NCBI RefSeq assembly: GCF_001447785.1
Contig: NW_015172565.1
Coordinates: 992,578-1,056,577 of the forward strand
Direction: 5' to 3'
Origin: Gekko japonicus
Lineage: Eukaryota
DNA length: 64,000 bases
In this document: positions 51,381 to 62,861 of the stretch, piece after piece
Layout of the letters: each line of letters starts with the position of its first letter
Position numbering within the stretch: position 1 is the first letter of the stretch
Notes under the pieces: generated by a model
Seen by the model: only the letters and a program-made list of their open reading frames with translations
Databases searched by the model: none
What the model was told of the DNA's origin: nothing
Made by a program: the position numbers and the translations under genes

Positions 51381-54300
51381 GTAAGCAGTCCCGTAGCCAG
51401 GATTTTGTGGCTTGCGGGGCAATTTTTTCTCCTGGTGGGGCTGCCATTATTTGCCATAATGAAGGGAGGTGGCACTAGGGTTGCCAAGTGGTCTTACCTT
51501 GCCCGGCGGGGGAGCCTTGCTGGGCTCCGGGAGCTCCTCGTTGGCGCATGCGCGCAAAGCGCATGCACACCACCAACACGTCACAGGAAGTGACATGCTA
51601 CGTTGTTCACGTTGGGGGTGTGGCCCAGATCGTCGGGGGGGGAACCATATGGTTCCCCCCCAACATCTGGGCCACGCCCCCAACATGAGCAACGTGGCTG
51701 ACGCAGCTTCGGGGGGCGGAGTTCCCCCCGGGGCCTGATTCCGCCACGGTGGAAATCGGGCCTCCGAAGTGGGGGTTTCCCCGCCCCCCGGGCCCACTTG
51801 GCAGCCCTAGGTGGCACGCGCCCCTCTCCCTCCCCTCCTGCAAGATTTAATGGGCCTTTCAGCTGACTGGTAGGCCATGTGCTCCCCACCAATCAGCTGA
51901 AGGGCTCTTTAAGTCTTGCAGGAGGGGATGGAGAGGGGTGTGCACCCCCCCCCCCGTTTCGTCTCAAAAGCATTTAAAGGATCCCTTTAAATGATTTTGG
52001 GAAGAAGGGGAGGCTTTAAGAAGCAGGGAGCCTTTAAGGAAGGGGGCAGAGCCCCCAATAGCCCCACCACCATAGCTACGGGCCAGGAGGTCAGTGTGAC
52101 TCTTATTTCCCCCTATTCTTCTTCTTCTTCCCCTATATTAACTTAGCTGAGAGAGATTCTTCTTTAGTAATTCCATCAAGCTAAAGGTGCATTTTCATTA
52201 ATTCCTGAATTGCTTTGTATACACACTTTGTATGCACCCCTCCCTTTCAGAATAAGGGGTAGCTTAAAACAACTTTAAAATACTCTACTACTGTTGGGAA
52301 TGTACTATAAGTCAGTGGCCATCATATTGTTGGGAAGCCTTTTTCTTGAGAACAAACTAAGGGTCATGCAATTTTAGGGCAAATCCTCAATCTACCTGTT
52401 TCTTATTAAACATAAGGGAATGTTTCTAACTTATAAATTCTACAAATGAGGGACCTGCAAGGACTTGCGGGGGGCATCTAATTCCTCCTCCCTCACAATA
52501 TCCTCTTTCCATTTCATGAAAGCCCCCATTATGTCTCCCCTTTTCCTGCTTCCTTCTCTCCTTTCCATCCTCTAGCCAACCTACCTTTATCTGCCCCGAC
52601 TTCAGCCTTCTTTCCTTCCCTTCCCCAGCAACATCTCCCCAGGAAACCTATGGCCCAGATCTGCAGTTCCAACTGTATCAGGGCCATTTGCACTGGGGGA
52701 GACCTGCAAGGACTTTTGGGGGGCACCTCACTTTTTCCTGGATGCTCTTTCCACANNNNNNNNNNNNNNNNNNNNNNNNNNNNNNNNNNNNNNNNNTTTC
52801 CCTACTTTCTTCTCTTTCACATCTACTTACCAATCTGTTATCCACCCACCCATGGGGCCCCAGGACAGCTTACATCATTCACCTCTCCTTTATTGTATCC
52901 TCACAACAGCTTGGTGAGGTAGGTTAGGTTGAGAATGTATAATTGGCCCAAGGTCACCCACAGAGTTTCCACAGCAGAGTGAGGATTTGAGGTCATAGTT
53001 TACTATGTTGCACTGGCTTTTGTGGGGTAGCTGCCATTGAACAGTAATGAGCAGCCAGGAATGGGTGAATCAAGCATTTTGGGTGGTATCAAGCTCCCTG
53101 GTGGTTAGGGTTCCCAAGTCCCCTCATTGCTCTGGCGGGGGGATTTGGGGGGCATTCCAGGGGTAGGCGGGGATGCCCCCAAGCCATGGCCACCTACAGC
53201 CACTCCTCTCCCTTCGCTTCTGCAGAGATTTAAAAGTCTTGAGCTGATCGGCGGGGAGCACCTGGCCTGTTGATCAGCTGGGGTGCCNNNNNNNNNNNNN
53301 NNNNNCAGGAAGGGAGAGGAGCTGGCAACCCTATTGGTGGTTGCTGCCAGGCCTCTCTTAAAGGCCAAAACAACCCTTCCCCCTCACCCCAATTCCCACT
53401 TTACGGTTCAGTGGGTGGGTGGGCTCCACGGGGGGATAGTAAGGACACCTGCACCCCCTGCCCAAATCCTTGATTACCAGCTCCAGAGGGGCAGGGAGGA
53501 ATCCTGCACCCTCCCTTGCCTGATTCCCTCCTTACTGGCTCAGCAGGACTTGCAGGGGGGAATCTCATGCCACCCCATTGCCTAACCTGTTGTGGCTCTG
53601 GGTCTTACCACCCACCATTAAGCTCAGCAGTGGTGCCTGGAAGCCTCTCCCACTGTTCTCTGCCATGACAGCCAGGCCCAGAGCCTTGCCCAGCATCTTC
53701 TGCAGTGGCAGCCAGGCCCAGAGCTTCATTCCCCACTTTTTTGATGGACCCATGCCCAGCACGACTCCCTGGCCTGCATCTCTGCTGCTGGCGGGCCTGG
53801 TGTGGGTCCTAGGCTGTGTCACCAAAGCCCAGTGTGGCTCCCGGGGTTCAGCAATGGTGGTATGCCCAGCACGGCTTCCAGGCTCCGCCAGCAGTGGCAT
53901 GCTCACCACGGCTCCCAGGCTGTGCAGCCTCTGCCGGGCCCAGTAGAGCCCTGGGCTGTGCCACCACTGGGCCCAGTGCAGTTCCCAGGCTGTGCGACCA
54001 CTTCTGTAAGTACAGATACTGCTACTTTACTTTTCAGGGGATTTAAACCCCCCTATATATATTTTTTAAATTTGCAGATTTTTCTGCAAACCTGCGGAGT
54101 GCCCCAGGTTTGAAGAAAGATCTATTTAGCATCCACATGGCCCTGATCCACATATTTAGCTATCTGTAGATGGGGCCCACAGTGGCTAATAGTGTATAGA
54201 CAAGTGGGGACCTACAAGAAACATGTAGGGTAGCTACCCCATTTCCTCCACCTTTGCTTCTCCCCCTCTCCCCCACCTCTCTCACCCCCTTTCTGCCTTC

Positions 54301-57300
54301 TGCCACCCCTTTTCTTACTCTCTCTCTCCTCCATGCATGTCACTTCCTCTCTTTATGCCTCCTCCTCATTCTCTTTTTCTGCCTCCCTACCTCATCTCTC
54401 TTCCTCTCTTTCTGTCCCTCACCCCATCACTCTCTCTTTCTGCCCCATCACTCTCCCAGCCTCCTGCCTGCTTCCTCTCTCCTACATAGGGACAGCAGTG
54501 GTGGTGGTGCTCCCAACCACCCACCTGCTTCCTTCTCTTCCCCACAGCAGCACTGGCAGTGGCAGCTCTCCAAGAATCAAAACCGATCTCCCAGCTACAG
54601 AGATCAATTCTGCTTAGGGTTGCCATCTCCAGATTGGGAAATTCCTGGAGATTTGGGGGTGGAGCCTTGGGACAGTGAGTCTTGGGGAGAGAAGCAACCT
54701 CAGCAGGGTATAATGCTCTGGAATCTACCCTCCATAGCAGCCATTTTCTCCAGGGTAGCTGATCTCTGTCACTTGTACAACAGTTGTAATTCTGGGTGAT
54801 CTCCAGCCCTCACCTGGAAGTTGGCAATAGTAGTTCTCATGGAGGAAACAGCTGGTTTGGAGGGCAAAGTCTATGACATTATACCAATATGATGTCTCTC
54901 CCCTCCCCAAACTGCACTGTCTCCAGGCTCCAGCCCTCAAATATCCAGTAATTTCCCAACATGGAGTTGGCAACCCTATCTCCTTCCCACCCAACAGACA
55001 ATCTACTTTTATCTGCCCCTCTGTCTTAAGCTTTCCAACTCCACAGTGGGAACCAAAGTAGGTTACATTATTCTCTCCTCCTTTTTATCTGCATAACCTG
55101 GTGAGGTAGGTTAGGCTGAAAGTGTGTGACTGGTCCAAAATCACACAGTCCCACAGCAAGATGGGGATCTGAACCTGGGTCTTGCAGACTCTACTCTGGA
55201 GCTCTAACTGCTGCACCACGCTGGCTTTCATAGGGTGGCTGCTGTTAAACAGTTATGCAGTTCCCGACAGCTGTGGAGCTGGTAGCAAGGACTGCTAAGT
55301 ATGCTTTGCTGATTACTCCAGTTGCCATCTGCTCAGGATTTGAAGCTGTATCCATATCAGGTTGTGCTTCTGCAACTGCACTTACAATGGTCTCTGTTGT
55401 GTCTTCCATAACTCCTCTTTGCAAGCTAGTTTAAACTTACTCAAATTGCAACACTGAAGCTTCAGTGACTTGCCGCCAAAATTACTGTTCTTGCAATTCC
55501 AAACTCCGCCACTAGATGTCTTTACTGTGCTCTCTTGCTACTTGTTTGCAATAAGAACATAAGAGATGCCAATGTTGGATCAGGCCAAAGGCCCATCCAG
55601 TCCAACACTCTGTATCACACAGTGGCCAGAAATACCAGTGCCATCAGGAGGTCCACCAGTGGGGCCAGGACATTAGAAGCCCTCCCACTGTTGACCCCCC
55701 CAAGCACCAAGATGACAGAGCATCACTTGCCCCAGAGTCCCTATCTATACCTTGTGTAGGGTTGCCAAATCAGTCTTTGCCGGGAGCGGGGGGCTCCCGG
55801 CCGGTGTCGGGTGAATGCGTGCGCGCGCCGCGTGCGCGTCACCCGGAAGTGACGTGGGCACGCTGGGGGTGGGGCCACGGCCATACACGGCCACTGTGTG
55901 TATGTCTCACTTAATTTTTTACACTACAGTATTCTCCATTAGAATTCCTACAACAAATGTTACATTTCAAACTGCACATCATCAGTATTATAACTGGATT
56001 TCCAGAACTTAGATACCATAGCAAAGCACAGGTATCAGGTTAGTGTATAAATAAAGGAAGGGGGTATTTGGTTTTAAACCAAATAGATTGTCGTTTAACC
56101 ATCTTTGTAGAATGATCTCTTGTGGAAGCTTTGCACTACATCATAGCTCATTCATAACCAGAGGTCTTTTGGGGCCGGAGCGCTGCTTTGGCAGCCCAGG
56201 AACTGGTGCAAATGGCGGTGGTGGCAAGCCCCGCCCCCAGCTCTCCGGCGCTGAAAGCGCTGTTAATGGGGGACGCCTGGAGAGCACCGCTTCCGTGTCT
56301 CCCGGGCCCGTGCAGAAGCACTGCAGCTCGGGGGAGGCCCAGAGAGCATCGCCCCTGGGTCCCCTGGGCCCGCGCAGAAGCACTGCGCCCGGGGGACACA
56401 CGGAGAGCGCGGCCAGGGGATGCATGGAGAGTGTCACCGTCAGGTTCCCCGAGTCCGCACAGAAGCACTGTGGCTCGGGGGAGGCCCGGAGAGCCCCACC
56501 CCTGGGTCCCCCGGGCCCGCGCAGAAATGCTGTGGCTTGGGGGAGGCCCGGACAGCCCCGCTGCCGGCTTCCCTGGCCCCCGCCAAAGCGGTAAGTAAGG
56601 GATCCGCGGGGCTGGGGTGGCGGGGGCTTGATAGGGAGTGGTGGGAGAGCCTCCCTCCCTCCATCTCTTTACCATCTTTCCCTCCTTTCCTTTTCTTTCC
56701 CTCCTTTTGTTTCTCTCTTTTCCTTCTCTTTCTCTTTCCTGCCTTCTTCTCTTCTCTTTTTCCCTCCTTCTTCCATTCCCTCTCTTTCTTTCCCTCCTTC
56801 TTATCCCCTTTCCTTTCTTCTTTCCTTCCTTCTTTCCTTCTCTCTACTCTCTCTCTTTCCTCCTTCTGTGGCCCAACTCTAGTGAGAAAACCCCTTCTAT
56901 CCCATCTTTCCTTCTCTCTACTCTCTCTCTTTCCTTCCCTCTTTGCTCCTTCTGTGGCCCAACTCTTCCCCCCCCCCGCAGGCCAGCTGGGGAAAGGAAG
57001 GGGAGGCTTTTGAAGATGCCTTCCCCCTTTTGCTTCCCCTTCTGGCATCACTTCCAATGATGTCAGGGGGCATGGCATATGCTAATAGCCTACTAGCTCA
57101 TTAGCATACCATATGCTAATGATCTCCTGCAGCTCTTTTTCTAGGAAAAGACCCCTGTGAATCATAACCAAGTAAATAAATAATTATGTGCTCACCACCA
57201 CTGTACTCATTTGCGCCCCCCCCCCCCAAATAACTTTCTGGCTATGGGCAATCATCAGCTAATCATCTGAACATGGGTGTAACTTCTGTAGTGCACTGCT

Positions 57301-60300
57301 GTGCTTCTAGCACTACCCAGTTGGCAGGTGCAACACAAACCACTTACCATATCTTGCCGCTTTTTGCCAGTGGGAACAAGGCCTCCCAGGAGACTGATGG
57401 ATTTCCTGAATCAAACTGGAAACCAAGGGGTGTTTTGTCGCTCTTGTATTTCTGTCCTTAAGCATGTTCTCGCAATGTGCATTCCGACCCTGCCCTGAAA
57501 CACAAAGCTGCCTCTCATTAGTAGGAGCCAAGTCAGTAGGCATGGGCATCGGCACAGTCACTTTCTGAGCGAAACAGATGACTGGATCCATCCAACGCAT
57601 TATTCTGGAATCCTTTACTATGATTCCACTTGCATCCCTGCAGTCCCCCCCCCCCCATATGTTTATCCCAGCTGTGATGTACATACTCAGAAAGTATCTA
57701 TTTTGTATGAATGATCCAATTTATGAACACATGAAGCTGCCTTAGACTGAATCAGATCCCCCTTGGGACAACAAAGGCAGTATGGTCTACTCAGAGTGGC
57801 AGCAGCTCTCCAGGGTCTCAGGCCTTTCATATCGCCTCCTACCTGATCCTTTTAAATGGAGGTGTTGGGGATTGAACCTGGGACTTTCTGTATGCCAAGC
57901 AGATGCCCTGCCAGTGCACCACAGCCCCTCCACTTCACTGGTGGAATGAAACCAATGCCAGCAATCAATGCATTTGTTATAAAAGAAGTATTCTGCATTG
58001 TTAAAAAGACACTCAATATTTAGAAAGGTGTCTTGTTGTTGTTGTTGTTGATGATAAGGGCTTCAGCACAGCTATAGTGAGAGAGAAACTTTTGTTTTCT
58101 TTGTTGCAGCTCTCAATGTGGCCATCCGAGGAAATGCTTTACAATCCAGCACTTTTAGCCCACTAGGAATGGCTAGCAATGCTATTGATGGGATTACCAC
58201 AGGTAATTTTTTAGATGGGTCATGCACCCACACAGAACAAGAAACCCATCCATGGTGGATAGTGGACTTGAAGTCAGAATATCAAGTAACTCGTGTAAGC
58301 ATCAGTAACCGGGAAGACTGCTGTGCGCATCGGCTCAATGGGGCTGAAATCCGGATTGGGAACTCTCCAGAGGCAGGGGGCACCATGAATCCCAGGTACT
58401 GAAGCAGTTTGATATTTTCTAGGACTTTGCAGGATTAGAGTACAAGAAAGACAAAGAAATGGAAATGACGTGGACAGATTCCTAACTGTTTTAGTTTAGG
58501 ACAATGTTTTATTCCATGTTCAGAATGTTTGTCATAGATTTGGGGATCTTTTAGGTAAGAAATGAGCGTGAGAACCACATCATTTTCAAATTACCATGCA
58601 TGTAATGTTTATTGTGGAAGAATAAATGACACATGAGAATAACAGGAGGACACCCATCCATATACACATGGAAATCATCATGCTCACCTACTCATGTTGG
58701 GGTTAGCCAGATTTCTGCATGAGGTCCTGAAAAAGGCAGCCTCTTTCCTTGTAGTCTCTGAAGACTAAAGGTACTCTGTAGAAAGTTCATTTGAAAGAAG
58801 TATTTTAATAGAAAGAAAATCAATTTGAAGAAAATCTTATGATGTACAGGATTATTCCATATGGGGCAGAGAAAGTCCCAGAGAAATAGACATGGGATAT
58901 CCAGTTGGAGCTGGAGACATGGGAGGTGACTGTTGGTACACCAGGTAGAATCCTCCATTTTGCTTCCTATTCCATGAGCCTATATAGGGTTTCAAGGTAT
59001 TTGTCTGCCTTAGAGAACTTCCCCTTTTTCAACTGGATTCAGCCATATTACCTGGGCTTACCAAATCATGCTGGCCCCTGACCTGCTCCTGCTTTTGAAC
59101 TTCTGGTCTGCTTGGTCTTCCATTATAACCTGAAGAACTCTTTTGCTTTTGGCCATCTGGCCAGTGTCTTCTATCTTTTTAACTGGCACATTCTTTCTGT
59201 TATGTCTTTTTTGCACTTGATTTTTCCCTCGTGCTGTTTATTGTTACCCATTGTCTTCCAGGGATTTTACTCCATTTGTTATCACACTATTTGTAATCTC
59301 CCAGGAATTTCTGCCTTTCAACCTTATCTCAGTTTCATTCTTCACACATGCTTCCTTCTGTTCCAATATCTCTAATATATACCTTGAATAAATTTCAAAC
59401 TGTATATATTGATTAAATAACAACAACAATTAATCAATTAACACGTTGTTACCAGTTACATGCTCATGTGGTTTACCACCCCCCCCCCCCAGATGTACTG
59501 TGATCGAATCCTTGGGTCTTGGGGAAACCCAGAGTTTTTACTGTGAAAATATGCAAGGAAAGTATGTCACTGTTAACCAACCAAATGGAGGAATCCTCAC
59601 ACTTTGTGAAGTCCAAGTGTTTGGTGAGAAGGTAACTCCCACCGGTAAGTAAAATGTTTCCTAGATGGCTTCTATTTTGATGTGCAGAGAGAGACCGAAA
59701 GACAGAGCATATATCAACATCACAGGCGTAATCTGAGTCATTCTGTTACCACACAGCATCATGGGAAATACAGTGTTGTAAGAGGGCAGGGGCTGAGAAG
59801 TTATCATATAGAATGCTTAGCTGAGGGGTTTGATTTCCAAGAGATGGACTTCAGAGAGGGTGGGAACCCTACATCCAATCTGTGGACAGTCACAGTCATG
59901 TGACATTTGAAGAAAAAATAGACTAGTAGTCTGATTACAGTAAAGAATGTTCTTCTGGTTTAGAGATGTTGGGTGAACATGTGGATGACTCAGCTGGTGT
60001 ACTGCTTGCTTGAAAAGGTGGTCATGCTCATGGAGAGCAGAATGTGTATGTTTTGCAGAGGAGGAGAGGCAGGAGAGTTGCTGTGTTCACATTTGCATCT
60101 GCATGAGAAATTCTGCTGTATGCTGCCGATGCATAACTCAACCATTCACATGTAAAACTTCACTGGTAAAGTGCAGTGCAGCAAAAGAAGAGAACCTGAG
60201 TGAAGGAGGAAGCTTAGATTTAGAAATTCAGTATCTATTTCTAGGGTTTTACTTACCGTTTGCCTATGTATTTAGTTCCTTTGCTTTTAAATTTTGACTA

Positions 60301-62861
60301 ATCATAACTGTACCCAATTAAAGAATTTTAAAAGAAACAATAACTATTGTAGTGCCTTCTGAACAGCATCTGCAAGCATACACTTTGCCTCTGGGCCTAG
60401 CAAGGCAGGTGGGCTGGCTTCCTGTCATGGAGGGAAGGAATCCTTCCATCCAGCCTCTCTTGTCCCAGTCTGCAGGTGAGCTGCGTATTGTACGCATGGA
60501 TGGAATATCATAGCCTCCCCACCACAGCCCTCTGCCTGCCTGGCTGTGTGTTCAAGCAAGGTCTTTGTCCTTGCCTAGCAGGCAGAGCTCCAGAGACCAA
60601 AACAGCTATGTGTGATTTGTATTCATATAAAATAAGAAAGTCTTCCCAAAGCTAGTGAGATAGGCCTAAGATTGGCAGAAACTAGTGATTCTCAGGTTTA
60701 CCCACTCAGTTTGAACCACAGTGGTTCAAATAGTTTCTTCTCTACCATGGTACCTGCTTAATGTAAAGATTGGCTGACTATTCTATTTGGTGACATCTTT
60801 CTAAGGCACACATCTGCTGAATCACTTTGTCCTCTTGCTGTCCCTCCCACTATCTGGGAAACTGAAGCCAGACAATGAGGTACCAGAATAACAACCACAT
60901 CAGAAGGTGTCAGATTCAGAGAATTTACTATATTTACAAACGGGACCTGGGCTAGGTCAGATCTTGATTAGAAAATTCTGACTGCTTATCCCTAGTAAAC
61001 AATAAAAAAGGAAAATAATTGCATAACAACATCTAATAAGCAAAATAGGGGCAAGGCTTTGAAACAAATATTTTATTTAACTGATGAAGAGAGAAGAGGA
61101 GATTGGATTTATACCCCGCCCTTCACTACCCAAAGGAGTCTCAGAGTGGCTCACAATCTTCTCTCCCTTCCCCTCCCCACAACTGACCCCCTGTCATGTA
61201 GGTGGGACTCTTTCAAGGACTGCTCTTGAGAGAACAGCTCTGAAAGAACTTGTGACTGACCCAAGGTCACACCAGCAGCTGCATGTGGAGAAGTGGGGTA
61301 TCAAACCTGGTTCTCCCAAATTAGAGTCTGTACTCCTAACCACTACACCAAACTGGCTCTCAGTGGTTCCCAGGGGGCTTACTTTAACACAACTCCAAAG
61401 CTTGTATCTAAACTGTGCCTAATGATGTATACCACATACTGAGGGAGTCTTAACTAAGTCTTTTTGTGTCTTTTTATAACTTCCATGCCAGATGAGCCAA
61501 GATCGGAAGAGACTCAGCCTTCCAGAACACTAGCAAGTGGAGAGGAAGTTGAGACCTCTGGTAACCAACCCATTGTATCCTACTGGACATGAGAAAAATA
61601 TCACACGTGATGTAGTCTTGTTGACAAACATAATAGTGAAATGATGGGAACTTTAGTTGTTGTAGATTTTCTGGGCTGTATAGCCATACAGCCTGGAAAA
61701 TCTACAACAGCTAATGAATTCCAGCCGTGAAAGCCTTTGACAACGTATGGGAACTTTGTTCACATGTCTCCTCCCAAGTCCAGCTGGGCCCAAAGAGTAT
61801 AGTGGGAGACCATTACATTTTTACTATCCACTTATGGAACAAATGAAGTTGTATAATGCGGAGTCAAAACATTAGTCCCTCTAGTCCAGCACTCTCTGTG
61901 CTGACTGGCAGCAGCTCCCCCGCCTCAAGCTAGCCAACATCTTTCTCAGCCCTGTTACACGAGAGCCTTCAAGGGAGACTGCCAGGGACTGAACCCAGAG
62001 CTCTTTGCCCTCTAAGCATGTGGTCTGTCCTGGATGTATGACCTCACTCCTTTAACGGTCAAAGTCAGAGTCTACCACCAGTGTACCTGCAATGAATTGC
62101 TAATTATCCATTCGAATAATTAATCCAGATCCACTGTGTGAGCTCTCTTCATAATGCCAACAGGCTTTAGTTTTTGGTGATTTAAACATAAAGGGAGTGT
62201 TTGTGTGTGTTCTTTTTTATAGAACCCAATGTTGCTCTTGAAGGAAAGGCATTCCAATCCAGCACCTACAATGCAATTGGAGAGCCTGAGAATGCTGTTG
62301 ATGGATCTTCATCTGCTGACTATTTGTTGGGGCACTGCACCCACACAGAGCTTGAAATTAATCCGTGGTGGACAGTGGACTTGGGAGCAGAGTTCCGAGT
62401 GCACAAAGTCAGTGTCCTCAATCGAGGAGACTGCTGTGCAGATCGGATAAACGGGGCTGAAATCCGAATTGGGAACTCGCCGGAAAAAGGAGGAATTACA
62501 AACCCAAGGTTTGTACACCGCAATGTTTTTGTGTGTGTGTGTCATAGGGTTACTGTGCAGAACAACGGAAGTGGAATGAAGCAGCAAGGTTCCTAACAGT
62601 TTGATGCGTAAAATTTTTCAAAACAATAATTTGCCATTCTCTGAGAAGAATTTTTTATTTTATTTTTTGTGCTTTATCACAAATACCACCTAATAGGACT
62701 TTGTTTCTGTTCAAGGTGTGCTATAATCCACTTTCTGGGTCTAGGAGAAACAGCCATTTTTGACTGTGGAGAAGCACAGGGGCAGTATGTAACTGTTACT
62801 ATCCCAGGCATACAATGTCTTACACTCTGTGAAGTCCAGGTGTTTGGAGTGAAGGCCTGTG
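51320..62861 (+). CDS. Gene 2: secreted tandem F-type lectin (at least 2 domains), 3' end beyond the window
   Basis: Exons 51320-51380, 58110-58395, 59493-59644, 61492-61560, 62223-62508 and 62716-62861 splice in frame; the last ends at a phase-1 GTAAGT donor with no stop. Confidence 0.85.
51386..52086. mobile_element. hAT-type element containing a nested MITE (51476-51809)
   Basis: Outer ends CAGTCCCGTAGC / GCTACGGGCCAG with TSD GAGGTAAG/GAGGTCAG; inner TAGGGTTGCCAAGT...ACTTGGCAGCCCTA with TSD GGTGGCAC. Confidence 0.8.
52756..52796. other. Assembly gap (41 N); a second gap lies at 53288-53305
   Basis: N runs. Confidence 1.
53106..53333. mobile_element. hAT MITE (TAGGGTT family)
   Basis: TAGGGTTCCCA / TGGCAACCCTA; TSD CTGGTGGT/TTGGTGGT. 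Confidence 0.82.
56159..57157. mobile_element. ~1-kb GC-rich hAT-type element with internal direct repeats and a polypyrimidine tract
   Basis: Ends CAGAGGTCTTTT / AAAAGACCCCTG; shares the ATGCTAATGA subterminal block with 24016, 45335 and 1240-1324; TSD imperfect. Confidence 0.7.
57722..57935 (-). mobile_element. tRNA-derived SINE
   Basis: The reverse complement carries a B box (GGTTCAATCCCC) and ends in the AGGCAGCTTCATGTGTTCAT tail. Confidence 0.75.
58110..58395 (+). CDS. Gene 2: F-type domain 1, N-terminal exon
   Basis: LNVAIRGNALQSS...NAIDG...CTHT...PWWIVDL...SNREDCCAHRLNGAEIRIG; 286 nt. Confidence 0.96.
59493..59644 (+). CDS. Gene 2: F-type domain 1, C-terminal exon
   Basis: CTVIESLGLGETQSFYCENMQGKYVTVNQPNGGILTLCEVQVFG; GTAAGT donor. 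Confidence 0.95.
61090..61360 (-). mobile_element. tRNA-head SINE (same family as 32625-32906 and 44464-44740)
   Basis: GAGATTGGATTTATACCCCGCCC...TAACCACTACACCAAACTGGCT. Confidence 0.85.
61492..61560 (+). CDS. Gene 2: 69-nt acidic/Ser-Thr linker exon (DEPRSEETQPSRTLASGEEVETS)
   Basis: Long pyrimidine tract plus CCAG acceptor, CTG|GTAACC donor, open in phase 1-1. Confidence 0.7.
61655..61746. mobile_element. 92-bp Penelope-type fold-back insertion
   Basis: Inverted arms around 61682-61685, CCGTGAAAGCCTTTGACAA 3' end, 11-bp TSD ATGGGAACTTT (61644-61654, 61747-61757). Confidence 0.8.
62223..62508 (+). CDS. Gene 2: F-type domain 2, N-terminal exon
   Basis: PNVALEGKAFQSS...NAVDG...CTHT...PWWTVDL...LNRGDCCADRINGAEIRIG; 286 nt. 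Confidence 0.96.
62716..62861 (+). CDS. Gene 2: F-type domain 2, C-terminal exon
   Basis: CAIIHFLGLGETAIFDCGEAQGQYVTVTIPGIQCLTLCEVQVFG; GTAAGT donor. Confidence 0.95.

Noticed and set aside
55336-55359. Possible 24-nt micro-exon (GFEAVSIS) in gene 2 intron 1
   Set aside because: Phase-compatible, but the donor (GTTGTG) is weak; cannot be supported without transcripts.
56088-57078. Cluster of overlapping 130-210-aa ORFs
   Set aside because: Stop-poor GC-rich and polypyrimidine interior of a hAT-type element; low-complexity translations.
60059-60165. Cys-rich candidate exon between the gene 2 domains
   Set aside because: In the phase-1 entry frame the donor falls in phase 0, incompatible with the next exon; no domain similarity.
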